The notes under the pieces: model-generated | Told to the model about the DNA's origin: nothing | The model's input: only the letters and a program-made list of their open reading frames with translations | Database searches by the model: none | Position numbers and translations under genes: made by a program | Source of the DNA: Leptospiraceae bacterium | GTDB taxonomy: Bacteria > Spirochaetota > Leptospiria > Leptospirales > Leptonemataceae | Length of the DNA stretch: 64,000 nt | Reading direction: 5' to 3' | Assembly: GCA_040217195.1 (NCBI GenBank) | Contig: JAVJNR010000002.1 | Location: forward strand, 320,001-384,000 | Shown here: positions 16,646 to 26,435 of the stretch, one piece after another | How positions within the stretch are numbered: the stretch's first letter is position 1 | Layout: each line of letters starts with the position of its first letter

Positions 16646-19600
16646 ATGATTATCAGATGGATTGAAGCTGCTACGCGAAACCCGGTCTGGGTATTATTTC
16701 TTCTTTCTTTGCTAGGTCTACTGGGGCTTCGCAGTGCCGTTCGCCTGCCCGTGGATGCTGTGCCAGATATTACCGGAGTGCAGGTCATGGTTGCAACCCA
16801 TACCGGGGCCATGGATCCAGAAGAAATCGAAACTACAGTAACCTATCCCATAGAGGCGGAGCTGGCCGGAATTCAGAATGTAACAGAGATTCGCAGTATT
16901 ACCAAATATGGACTGAGTCAGGTTAACGTTATCTTTTCGGATGCCATGGATGTGTATTTTGCAAGGCAATTGATTGCTGAGAGATTGCAATCTGTGGCTG
17001 CAACTCTGCCCGAGGGTCTGAAACCAGAAATGGGAGCTGTGACCACGGGACTTGGCGAGGTTGTAATGTATTCCGTGGAGGCCAGACCCGGCACGGAGCT
17101 GGCCGGAAAGCCCCCGGAAGAGAGGCTCAGATATCTGCGCACAATCCAGGAATGGGTTGTAAGACCTGTACTGAAAACAGTTCCGGGAGTTGCAGAGGTT
17201 GATTCGAACGGAGGTTACCAGAAAGCCATCTATATTCAATTCGATCCATCGCAGTTAATAGCTCAGGGGATAGGCCCCGTAGCTCTGGCACAATTACTTC
17301 AGGAATCCGGAATGAATCGTGGAGGCGGCTATATCGAGCGCGATGATCGAAGAATTATAGTGAAGAATAATGCACGATTCAAGAGTCTGGAAGAGATCAG
17401 GAACTTTCCGGTGCGAATCCATGCCATTGGAGCACCGGAAAAATTATCCGAGTTGGCCCGTGTGTCCGAAGGGAATCGGCCCAGGGTCGGTTCTGCAACT
17501 CATAACGGTGCTGAAACGGTGCTCGGGACGATTCTCATGCGAACCGGAGCCAATAGTAGAACTGTGGCGCATGAATCGGTCCAGAAGATCAAAACTCTGT
17601 CCTTGCCGGATGATGTAAAGGTGGAAGTGCTCTATGCCCGGAGCTATCTAGTTGATGCTACCATTCAGACTGTTGCCAAAAACCTTATCGAAGGCGGAGT
17701 CCTTGTAATCATCGTTCTGCTTCTTATAGCCGGAAACTTTCGGGCTGCGCTAATAGTTTCTCTGGCCATCCCTCTATCCATGCTGGCCGCTCTGATGGGA
17801 ATGGAGCAGATGGGAATTTCAGCGAATCTCATGAGTCTGGGAGCCATTGACTTTGGTCTCATTGTGGATGGTTCCGTTGTGGTCATTGAAAATATATTGC
17901 GGAAGATGGAAGATGAGCCAGAGGCTCTGGAGGAGAAAGGGAAATTCGCAGTCATTATGGAGGCCATGAAAGAGGTGACCGGACCGGTGCTCACCGGCTT
18001 GAGCATTATCATGATCGTCTATGTTCCTATTCTGTTGCTCACTGGAATAGAAGGAAAGATGTTTCGACCCATGGCCATCACGGTTCTACTGGCCCTGGCA
18101 GCTTCCCTGGTGATCGCTCTGCTGGTCATGCCTTCTCTGGCACTTCTATTTCTAAAGCCTCCCAGGCCGCATAAGGCCTCCCTTTTTCAGTACATCAGCA
18201 ATGCCTTTGAGCCTTTATTGCAATATTCAATTCGGCATCCGTATCGCATTACGTCGGGAAGTGTTGGAATTTTTGTTCTGTCGGTTTTACTGTTCTTTAC
18301 TCTTGGAGCGAACTTTCTGCCGGAATTCGATGAGAGGGACATGGTCATTGGGCTGACGCGAAACGCAGATATCAGCATGGATGCTACTCTGGAGCACCAG
18401 AAAAGAAGCGAGCAGGCCATAATGCAGTTTCCAGAAGTGGATACGGTGTTTTCCCGGATCGGAACACCGGAATCTGCAACCGATCCCATGGGAATCCACC
18501 TATCCGACACATTTGTCATCCTGAAGAAGGATTACGATGATTGGCCCCTGCGAAACGATGGAGAACGATACACAAAAAATGAATTATTCGATGCCATGAG
18601 TCAGGCCATCGAGAAGGCCTCTCCCGGGCAGGAGCATTCTCCAACCCAGCCCATTGCTATGCGATTCAACGAAATGTTGGAAGGATCCAGAGCGGATCTA
18701 TCGTTACGAATCTTTGGTCCCGATCTGAAGATGTTGATGAAATATATCCAGGTTTCGGAAGATATCTTGAAAGACATAGATGGTGTAGTGGAGGTTAGTG
18801 CCGATGCACTGACAGCCCTTCGTCAGAGCCCGGTTCTGGAATTCAGACCTCGTCCCCAGGATATGACTTACTGGGGAATCGATTCGTCGGGTATTGGGCA
18901 GGCATTTGAAATCTCCATGGCAGGCCATGAGATCGCAAGCTTCTACGAGCTTGACCGGCGATTTCCGATCATATTGAGCATGCGCGATGATTACAGAAAC
19001 GATATGAATCGTGCGGCTAGATTGCCGGTGGATTTACCGGATGGAGGAGTTGTTCCTCTCTCGGATGTTGCCAATTTGCAGCTAATGGAGCAGGTTACCA
19101 CAATATCAAGAATCAATTCCAGAAGGTACTCCAGTCTGGCTATCTATATTCAGGACAGGGATGTGGAATCGGTAGTGGAAGAAGCTGACAAGCGAATTCG
19201 CGAAAAGCTGGATCTGCAGGGGGACTTCTCCATTGAGTGGGCCGGTCAGTACAAGAACTTGCAGCGAGCCCGGTTGCGAATACTGATGATAATTCCGCTA
19301 ACTCTAATTCTTATCTTTCTGCTTCTGTATCAAAGCCTGAAAAGTTTAAAACAGACCTTGCTGGTACTCAGTTGTATTCCTATGGCAATTTCAGGAGGCA
19401 TTCTTTTGCTCTGGTTGCGTGACATACCGTTTAGCGTTTCTGCATCTGTGGGGATGATTGCACTTTCCGGAATTGCAATCCTGAACGGAACGGTACTGGT
19501 TAATTTCTTTAACGATCTCAGGCGAAGCGGACATTCGGTGCTTGATTCTGTATTTCGAGGTACCCTGATTCGATTGCGTCCGGTTCTGATGACCGGACTT

Positions 19601-19771
19601 GTAGCGGGCCTGGGCTTCATTCCCATGGCTTTCAACTCCGGTACCGGCGCCGAGGTTCAAAGGCCTCTGGCTACTGTAGTGGTAGGAGGATTGATCACAG
19701 CAACTATTCTAACCCTGTTTGTAGTTCCAGCGCTGTACTATCGCCTGGAAAGAAAGCACGATGATCATTAG
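16646..19771 (+). CDS. czcA: CzcA/CusA family heavy-metal efflux RND transporter
   Basis: 1041 aa. DAVPDIT, NLMSLGAIDFGLIVDGSVVVIEN (HME motif), GIEGKMFRPMA, RLRPVLMT, GAEVQRPLATVV. Confidence 0.92.
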   Translation: MIIRWIEAATRNPVWVLFLLSLLGLLGLRSAVRLPVDAVPDITGVQVMVATHTGAMDPEEIETTVTYPIEAELAGIQNVTEIRSITKYGLSQVNVIFSDAMDVYFARQLIAERLQSVAATLPEGLKPEMGAVTTGLGEVVMYSVEARPGTELAGKPPEERLRYLRTIQEWVVRPVLKTVPGVAEVDSNGGYQKAIYIQFDPSQLIAQGIGPVALAQLLQESGMNRGGGYIERDDRRIIVKNNARFKSLEEIRNFPVRIHAIGAPEKLSELARVSEGNRPRVGSATHNGAETVLGTILMRTGANSRTVAHESVQKIKTLSLPDDVKVEVLYARSYLVDATIQTVAKNLIEGGVLVIIVLLLIAGNFRAALIVSLAIPLSMLAALMGMEQMGISANLMSLGAIDFGLIVDGSVVVIENILRKMEDEPEALEEKGKFAVIMEAMKEVTGPVLTGLSIIMIVYVPILLLTGIEGKMFRPMAITVLLALAASLVIALLVMPSLALLFLKPPRPHKASLFQYISNAFEPLLQYSIRHPYRITSGSVGIFVLSVLLFFTLGANFLPEFDERDMVIGLTRNADISMDATLEHQKRSEQAIMQFPEVDTVFSRIGTPESATDPMGIHLSDTFVILKKDYDDWPLRNDGERYTKNELFDAMSQAIEKASPGQEHSPTQPIAMRFNEMLEGSRADLSLRIFGPDLKMLMKYIQVSEDILKDIDGVVEVSADALTALRQSPVLEFRPRPQDMTYWGIDSSGIGQAFEISMAGHEIASFYELDRRFPIILSMRDDYRNDMNRAARLPVDLPDGGVVPLSDVANLQLMEQVTTISRINSRRYSSLAIYIQDRDVESVVEEADKRIREKLDLQGDFSIEWAGQYKNLQRARLRILMIIPLTLILIFLLLYQSLKSLKQTLLVLSCIPMAISGGILLLWLRDIPFSVSASVGMIALSGIAILNGTVLVNFFNDLRRSGHSVLDSVFRGTLIRLRPVLMTGLVAGLGFIPMAFNSGTGAEVQRPLATVVVGGLITATILTLFVVPALYYRLERKHDDH

Positions 19772-19885
19772 TCCAGTGGAGGGTCTGCTTAAACGAAGTG
19801 GGCGAGAGGGAAAGATGAAGTGTAGAATCCAAACAGAACTTCGGAGGCAGTGGCTCAATCCGTCACTGCACCGGGGACAGGATAG

Positions 19886-19905
19886 GAGAGGCCCGGGGGC
19901 CTCTC
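19886..19905. terminator. GC-rich hairpin between the convergent czcA and HU genes
   Basis: GAGAGGCC-CGGG-GGCCTCTC. No clear U tail. Confidence 0.45.
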
Positions 19906-19920
19906 ATCCGGTGGAAAGGC

Positions 19921-20328
19921 TTACCAGTTCTTTTTATTGGAGAATGTTTCTTTCAAGCTCTTGGGAAAGGACCATCGGGGTTTCTTGCTGGCCGGCCGCG
20001 CCGCTACCATCATTTCTTCTCCGGTGAAAGGATTCATTTGCTTGCCTGCTTTTCTGGCCTTCACTTCGCTTCGAACCAGAGCGCCAATTGCGGGGAAGCG
20101 AACTCTTTGACCACCGGCGGCTGCCTTGCCCGCACGCTCAAAGCTGGATTCCAGAGCAGATTTCAAATCGGTTTTTTTGATTTTCGCCTGGCCCTTCTTG
20201 TCCACCTGGATTACTTCATGAAGCTCTTCCAGAAGATCGTCTATGAATGAATACTTTCCGTTGGAGGATGCCTTCGTAGCACCTCTTGTTGTTTTCTTTG
20301 CAGATTTCTTCGCTGCTTTCTTTGCCAT
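19921..20328 (-). CDS. HU/IHF family DNA-binding protein with Lys/Ala-rich N-terminal tail
   Basis: VRFPAIG..ARKAGKQMNPFTGEEMMVAARPAS arm. N-terminus MAKKAAKKSAKKTT. Confidence 0.85.
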   Translation of the reverse strand: MAKKAAKKSAKKTTRGATKASSNGKYSFIDDLLEELHEVIQVDKKGQAKIKKTDLKSALESSFERAGKAAAGGQRVRFPAIGALVRSEVKARKAGKQMNPFTGEEMMVAARPASKKPRWSFPKSLKETFSNKKNW

Positions 20329-20469
20329 AATCGGTGATTAATGCGACATAATCTGATGTGTCCAGTAAAAATAGAAGGTTGCATGCAAAAATACCCGGAG
20401 CGGGCGGAAAATGCCTATTTTTGCCGGTTTTTTGCATTACAGGCGCATCCAGAACGTCCAAGCATAGAT

Positions 20470-21945
20470 ATGAGATACTTGAAGAGAGACTTTTTGACAC
20501 ATAGATTTCCAACCGCGATGCTCCTATTCGTTGGTGTAATTCTCATGGGTACAACGGTTGCCCTGGCTCGTACCTTGAATTCCGGTCCGGGGCAGGCGCC
20601 AGACTCGCAATCTCCTGATGAAGTCTCTTCTGCATCCTGGTTTTTCTCCACTCGTGGTCTGCAGGTTGACCTCCAGGGAAGAAAGTCTGTGGCTCAATTC
20701 TATCGGGATCACTATGTACCCTATGGGAAGGTAGTGAACCAATGGTCTGGAAGTACAGCCAACTGTAAGGTGGGAAAGAACAGTGATGCCTACGACGAAG
20801 CCACGCTGCAGAACTTGAAATTCTATCGTGCCATGGCAGGAGTGCCCACCGATATCAGTTTCGCAGAGAAATACAACCAAAAGGCCCGGGCGGCAGCCTT
20901 GATGATGGATGCAAAAGGTGATCTCAGTCATGGTCCGGGTACGAACTGGCCCTGCTATAGCCCGGAAGGCAAAGAGGGAGCTGGATCGTCAAATTTGTGT
21001 CTGGGCTGCGTTGGACCGAGCGCGATAGATGCCTATGTCCGGGACTCTGGCGTGACCGGTGTTGGTCATCGACAGTGGGCCCTGCATCCCAGACAGAGGA
21101 TTCTCGGTAACGGTAGTAGTGCCCGAGCCAATGCTCTTTACGTCTTTGGAGATTGGCGTCCGGAAGAGGAAGTCCAACACATAAGAAAAGTAGCCTGGCC
21201 GCCTGAGGGGTTTGTTCCCTATCGGCTTGGGCTGGACTCTCAATATCCCTGGTCCTATACAGTTTTTACAGAGAACTCAGATCTAAGCAAGGCGAAAGTT
21301 CAGCTGACCATGAATGGAAGACAGGTACCTGTGCGACAGGAAGAAGGCCGTCGGGATTTGCTTGTTTGGTATCCAACAGGGTTGCAGCGCGCCTCCCACC
21401 AGAATGATTATAATCGTCCTGCGAATGATGTGGAGATTCGCGTCGTAATAAACAATGTTGTCATAGAGGGCAAAACTACGTCCGTGGAGTACAATGTAAT
21501 TTTCATTGATCCAGAAGCTGTCTTACGAGAAGAGAATTCGGAAGAATTGAATCCGGAAGTGGACACCAACGTGGATCCGGAGACGGAAACAGACAATGAA
21601 ACTCAGGTGGCTATAGATTCCACCCTGAATACTTCCTTACTTCAGGCAATTTACCAGGGAAAGACTAAAGAGGCTCTGGATTTGCTTTCCCGGGGTGCGG
21701 ATCCCAATGCGCGATACGAACAGAGATGGACTGCACTTATGTATGCAGCCTATTACGGGCATTCAGAGATCGTGAAGGATTTGCTGCGCCGGGGAGCCGA
21801 TGCATCGGTTAAACTGGAAGGCTGGGATGCACGTGCCATGGCAACGGCTCAGGGACACGATAAAATTGCAGCAATGATTTCTGAAAAGACGAGTAATACT
21901 CTGGAAATTCCAGGCAGACGCGGACTTACTCTTCCAGCTCCGTAG
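20470..21945 (+). CDS. Exported CAP/SCP-domain protein with C-terminal ankyrin repeats
   Basis: Signal peptide. FYRAMAGVP, LSH, SNL and GHRQWAL CAP motifs. GADPN..WTALMYAAYYGHSEIVKDLLRRGAD ankyrin. Confidence 0.8.
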   Translation: MRYLKRDFLTHRFPTAMLLFVGVILMGTTVALARTLNSGPGQAPDSQSPDEVSSASWFFSTRGLQVDLQGRKSVAQFYRDHYVPYGKVVNQWSGSTANCKVGKNSDAYDEATLQNLKFYRAMAGVPTDISFAEKYNQKARAAALMMDAKGDLSHGPGTNWPCYSPEGKEGAGSSNLCLGCVGPSAIDAYVRDSGVTGVGHRQWALHPRQRILGNGSSARANALYVFGDWRPEEEVQHIRKVAWPPEGFVPYRLGLDSQYPWSYTVFTENSDLSKAKVQLTMNGRQVPVRQEEGRRDLLVWYPTGLQRASHQNDYNRPANDVEIRVVINNVVIEGKTTSVEYNVIFIDPEAVLREENSEELNPEVDTNVDPETETDNETQVAIDSTLNTSLLQAIYQGKTKEALDLLSRGADPNARYEQRWTALMYAAYYGHSEIVKDLLRRGADASVKLEGWDARAMATAQGHDKIAAMISEKTSNTLEIPGRRGLTLPAP

Positions 21946-22043
21946 GCCTGGTCATGCACGTAGACTGTATCTGAATTCTACGTTGACCAGCGCGAGCTAC
22001 CAGCCACAATTGAGCCAGCTATTGCTGGCTTTATATCGCGGGC

Positions 22044-23045
22044 TCAAGGAGTGATCAGTACCTTTCCGCCGCTCATTATTTCTGTATAATCTCTCACCGC
22101 CTGCTGGCCTTCTTCCAGGGAATATCGCTTCCTTACATCAGACTTCAGTTCGGTCTTGAGCATCTTCTGTACTTTTCGGGATAGTCGGATGATGCTCAAA
22201 GCTCCTCTGGAGGCAAGATAGCTGGAAAGCCAGTAACCATGAATGGTCTGGCCTTGAAAAATCAGACTGCCCGGATGTACTTCGCAGGCTGTACCGGCCA
22301 GACCACCATATACGATTACATGAGATCCGGTGGGCATACAGCTGGCCATAGTTCCGGTCATTTCGCCTCCCACAGCATCAAAGGCGACTCGGGCATTGAG
22401 TTTTTTGGCCCGAATTGTTAACTCTCTTTGAAAATTGGAATCTTTACTGATCAGGACATTCTCAAAGCCCTGATTACTCAGAGATTCCCATTGATCTTCT
22501 CTTCGCACAATATCGATTACTTGCAGGCCCTTTTTTCTGGCCAGGCGATGGATCATTTGCCCCAGGGCCCCCGCAGCAGCGGTCTGAATAATGGATCGGC
22601 TACCCAATTTTTCAGCCCATTCAATAAGGCTCCAGGCTGTAAGAGGGTTAACGATGGTCATGGAGCCCTGCTCAAGCTCAATGTCCTTCCTTAAAGGCAG
22701 GCAAAGTTTGGCCGAGGTCTTCATATACTGGGCCCAGGTACCGTCTCCGTCCTGAGAAGAGGTGCATGCGACGTTTTTGCCCTTCAGATAATTTGCATAG
22801 AAACCGCCACCGCTGGCGACCACCGTTCCAGACGCTTCAAAGCCGGGAATGCAGGGCAATTTCTTTTTGATTCCGTAATGTCCGCGAAGGAATGATAGAT
22901 CCGAAGGATTGATCGGCGAAGCTGCGATTTTGATCAAAACCTCTCCCTTCTTGAGTTCTGGCTTTTGTTTCTCGACCACATGAAACGTGGGTAGCTCTTC
23001 TGTGTACTCTCTAAGTTCCAGGGCTTTGTAGGTATCGGGGATCAT
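22044..23045 (-). CDS. MDR family NADPH-dependent oxidoreductase (quinone/enoyl reductase type)
   Basis: ASPINPSD, PGFEASGTV, VNPLTAW, TAAAGALG, DAVGG, GKVLI. Confidence 0.88.
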   Translation of the reverse strand: MIPDTYKALELREYTEELPTFHVVEKQKPELKKGEVLIKIAASPINPSDLSFLRGHYGIKKKLPCIPGFEASGTVVASGGGFYANYLKGKNVACTSSQDGDGTWAQYMKTSAKLCLPLRKDIELEQGSMTIVNPLTAWSLIEWAEKLGSRSIIQTAAAGALGQMIHRLARKKGLQVIDIVRREDQWESLSNQGFENVLISKDSNFQRELTIRAKKLNARVAFDAVGGEMTGTMASCMPTGSHVIVYGGLAGTACEVHPGSLIFQGQTIHGYWLSSYLASRGALSIIRLSRKVQKMLKTELKSDVRKRYSLEEGQQAVRDYTEIMSGGKVLITP

Positions 23046-23097
23046 AATGGCTCCTTGTAGGCCGATCCTTGAGAAAAACCCCTGAGATGCAAGGACC

Positions 23098-25527
23098 TCA
23101 GGAATTTTTTTCTGCTTCTGGAATCATTCGGCCATAGTAGGCCAGCATATCAGGCTGAACGCTCAGTATCTTGTTTCGGTCATCGCGAATTAGTTTTCGC
23201 GAACGAAGATCCTTTCTGCCGCGCCTCAGGATCTTGCCTGGATCTGTGGTAGAATAGTTTAAACGATTTTTCTGGATGAACTGTGCGATCTGCTTTTCAG
23301 CTTCTTTAAGGTCCAGGGAACCTTCGTTTTCTGTAAGCAATCGAGCCAGAATGAAATGTGGTTGGACGCGAAAATTTCGTCTCCAGGAAGAGAGGATGGC
23401 ATCGGAAACCGCAGCTGTGGGGTCGCTACTTTTAATGTGATTGCTGATTAGAATGGGCCGGCCAAAATCCAGGTAAACCTTTCGTCTTCTTCTTACAAAT
23501 CGCATGAAGGATGTATTGGGAGTCAGATTGTTGAATTCCAGGTCCTCCGGAATCCATTTATGGCTGATTGCCATGGGCACTACTATGATTTCCTGGCCGG
23601 AACTTCTGAAGGCGTCTACAGCCGTAGAAAGTAGTCCGGTCTTAATTCCCTGGAAATTTCCATTTCTGCTTCTGGTTCCCTCGGGATAGGCAAGTGCAGG
23701 AATGCCGGCCTCCAGCATTAGAATGGAATACTGAGTCAATGTTTCTAGATAAAGTATGTTTCGCGTGTTTTCGCGGTCCACGGAATAAGCACCCATGGAC
23801 TTCAGGAATTTTCCCCAGAGAGGATTGCTCATCAGAATACTGGCCGCGGCGAATCTGGGCAATGGAAGGCGGCTGAGGTACAATGCATAGGCCAGCTCTA
23901 CGGAATCGATATGAGTCTTATGAGTCGGTGCATAAAAAACCGGATAATAGTTGGCCAACCGGCGTACTTCTGCCACCGGACCGCCGATTACAGGAGCCAC
24001 AGACCCCCTCTGGAATCCGCCCAGTACGAATCTAAAGGGAGCGATTATATTCATTAGAGTGCCGCGAATTACCGGCACATAGCTGTCCGCAATATTGGAC
24101 ACATAGAATTCAACAATTCGATCCAGATGTATTGTTTCGCTTTCTTCCGGCGATGCAGCAAGTCCTCTCCATAGTTCCAGTTCTTTGCGAAAGTTGGCAG
24201 CATCATTCTTCAGTCGTCTGCGCTCGGCTTTCTGAACTCTCTTTTCCAGCGAAGATATAACATGCCCGGATTGCTTCTTAATTCTTGCCTGCATTCCTCG
24301 AGTACTGGAAATCTCTCGCAGGATTCGCTCCTGCAAGGCCTGGCCCAGGGCTTTACCCGAAGTAATCAGATCCAGCCTGGCTCGTTTCTTGGTTACAGGG
24401 ATGGCCGTGTTTGTATTCAAACCTGTGAGCTGGTCCACAAATGCGTTGGGAGATTGCCTTCTTGAAAGAATATCAAATAGAGTCTGAAACAATGGTAGTT
24501 CGACGCTCTTTTCTTTTGCTATGTCGAGAACGGTGCTGATGGTAAGTCCGCCTTCATGTAATTCCCGGCTCTGGTGCACTTCCCGTTCAATGAAGCGGCC
24601 CGGGAAGAGTAGTAGTTCGATTCGTTCCAGAAAATCCGGTTCGATCTCACCGGACTGAATTCTTTCCATGAATCGCCGACCATAGCTTCTGTTTCGACTA
24701 TCCGGACTGAATGCATTGGCTGCCAGATCAGAAAGCCCCGATCGACCCATCAAAGTTTCTGGCCGCGCCCCCAGAGCTGTGCCCAGTCGCATGATTTCAT
24801 TGAATCCTTTGCCTACCAGTTCGCCTTTGAAGGAGGATCCTGCATCGGGAAGAAAGTCAGCCATACCGCTTATGATTGCTACTGGATTTTTTAGAATACC
24901 TCCCAGCTCTACTCCAACCATGTCCTTGCTTCGCTCCCAGTGCAGATGGGGGGCCTCAAAGAGTTTTTCGACCAGGGTTTGCATCTCGGGTTCTTTGCTT
25001 CCTACGGCGAAAAAGCAGTGCCTTCCGGCATGGAGGTCCGCAAGCAAACTTGGACCAGTGGCCACGGCAACATGGGACTGTAGCTGATAGGCCTCCATGG
25101 CCCGGGCCAGAAATTCACTGAATGTTGCCACCTGGTATTTTCGGCGACCGACCGATGACAGAAATCCCTTCGAAAATGTAATAATTGCATGTTGATTCGT
25201 GCGATTCATGTGGGTTACCACATGCTCATGCACTTCTTCGAATTGGCGGGCCGGAACAACGGAGGCTATAAAATGGGACCCTTGCTGGAAGAGGCGGTAA
25301 CCTGATACGATTCGGACATTGGACGGAATTTCAAAGTCCAGGTTAAGCAGTCGTATGTGTTTTCTTCCGGACCATTGATGGGCCATGGAAGACTCCGGTA
25401 ACCAGAGAAGAACCCGTTCCACATTCTTGGCCAGGATGGCTGCAAGCATCAGTCCCATAGGACCTCCGCCCATTACAGTGTAGTGATCAAAGGTTGCAGG
25501 TATATGTTGATTAATTTCTTCGCTCAT
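23098..25527 (-). CDS. Fusion of NAD(P)H-dependent glycerol-3-phosphate dehydrogenase-like domain and PlsB/GNPAT-like acyltransferase
   Basis: N-part GGGPMG, SKG, GPS, GGILKN, GLSDL, SRN. C-part PTHKTHID (HX4D) and YPEGTRSRNG, KTGLL. Confidence 0.85.
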   Translation of the reverse strand: MSEEINQHIPATFDHYTVMGGGPMGLMLAAILAKNVERVLLWLPESSMAHQWSGRKHIRLLNLDFEIPSNVRIVSGYRLFQQGSHFIASVVPARQFEEVHEHVVTHMNRTNQHAIITFSKGFLSSVGRRKYQVATFSEFLARAMEAYQLQSHVAVATGPSLLADLHAGRHCFFAVGSKEPEMQTLVEKLFEAPHLHWERSKDMVGVELGGILKNPVAIISGMADFLPDAGSSFKGELVGKGFNEIMRLGTALGARPETLMGRSGLSDLAANAFSPDSRNRSYGRRFMERIQSGEIEPDFLERIELLLFPGRFIEREVHQSRELHEGGLTISTVLDIAKEKSVELPLFQTLFDILSRRQSPNAFVDQLTGLNTNTAIPVTKKRARLDLITSGKALGQALQERILREISSTRGMQARIKKQSGHVISSLEKRVQKAERRRLKNDAANFRKELELWRGLAASPEESETIHLDRIVEFYVSNIADSYVPVIRGTLMNIIAPFRFVLGGFQRGSVAPVIGGPVAEVRRLANYYPVFYAPTHKTHIDSVELAYALYLSRLPLPRFAAASILMSNPLWGKFLKSMGAYSVDRENTRNILYLETLTQYSILMLEAGIPALAYPEGTRSRNGNFQGIKTGLLSTAVDAFRSSGQEIIVVPMAISHKWIPEDLEFNNLTPNTSFMRFVRRRRKVYLDFGRPILISNHIKSSDPTAAVSDAILSSWRRNFRVQPHFILARLLTENEGSLDLKEAEKQIAQFIQKNRLNYSTTDPGKILRRGRKDLRSRKLIRDDRNKILSVQPDMLAYYGRMIPEAEKNS

Positions 25528-26435
25528 TTCAGCCCATGCTCGGGCCCTTCTTCCACTTGCGCCACCTCAGCGGATTGGTACTTCTGCCGCGCATAGGCGA
25601 TCTGCTTGTAGAACATGGCCATTGGATCATCTACATATTCCTTTTGAATGGTGTATCTGTCCATTATTCCCGAAAATTTTGACGTTAAATCAACGGGGGC
25701 CGCATCCACAGTAAGAATCAAGTCATATCCTGCTTTTCGAACTCTGGATTCCAGATATGGGCTATAATAGCCCATGGGATAGGCGAAGGCCCAGATCTTA
25801 TGACCGGGCAGATTCTCTTCCAGGATTTTGCGGGAGGTCACTACTTCCTGGGTCACACGGGCCGCAAACTGTTCCCTGGATTCACCGGGACGGGGCTCAT
25901 GGAATGCTGTATGGCTATGGGAATGATTTTGAACATCGAACCCCTCGGCCAATAATCTGTGCAGGTCTTCCCAGGCCATACCGCCCCGGGGATGGTTATT
26001 TATGTCCTTTGTATAAACGAAGAATGTGGCCGGATAGTCATACTCACGAAGGATGGGGGCGGCCACTCGGGCTATATTCTCAAAATCATCATCGATGGTG
26101 ATGGCCATGGTTGGCTCTTCCATCAGTCGGTTTTGCCGGGCATATTCCATGACCTTGCGCAGAGGCCAGACTCGAATATTTTCCTTTTTCAGGATTTCCA
26201 GATAATTCCTGAACTCCTGAATACTCACCGAATAAGGGCCTGCACCATTCACATCATGGAAGCATAAAATAGGCACCAGATGATGCCCGGCACTGATCGC
26301 CTCCGGGTCCTGGCCCAGCTTCTTCCAGAGTGCAGGATTGCCCGAGAGAAGTAGCCAGCTGGAAATGCAAACCAGGAAAACAGGCAATGAGATGAAAATA
26401 CGTTTCCGCATCATGGGAATTATCGGTTCCTGCAC
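25524..26435 (-). CDS. Polysaccharide deacetylase (CE4/NodB), exported or membrane-anchored (start may be 26414)
   Basis: PILCFH, ITIDD, PATFFV, NHSHSH, FAYPMG. Stop overlaps the next ATG (ATGA). Confidence 0.85.
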   Translation of the reverse strand: MQEPIIPMMRKRIFISLPVFLVCISSWLLLSGNPALWKKLGQDPEAISAGHHLVPILCFHDVNGAGPYSVSIQEFRNYLEILKKENIRVWPLRKVMEYARQNRLMEEPTMAITIDDDFENIARVAAPILREYDYPATFFVYTKDINNHPRGGMAWEDLHRLLAEGFDVQNHSHSHTAFHEPRPGESREQFAARVTQEVVTSRKILEENLPGHKIWAFAYPMGYYSPYLESRVRKAGYDLILTVDAAPVDLTSKFSGIMDRYTIQKEYVDDPMAMFYKQIAYARQKYQSAEVAQVEEGPEHGLK

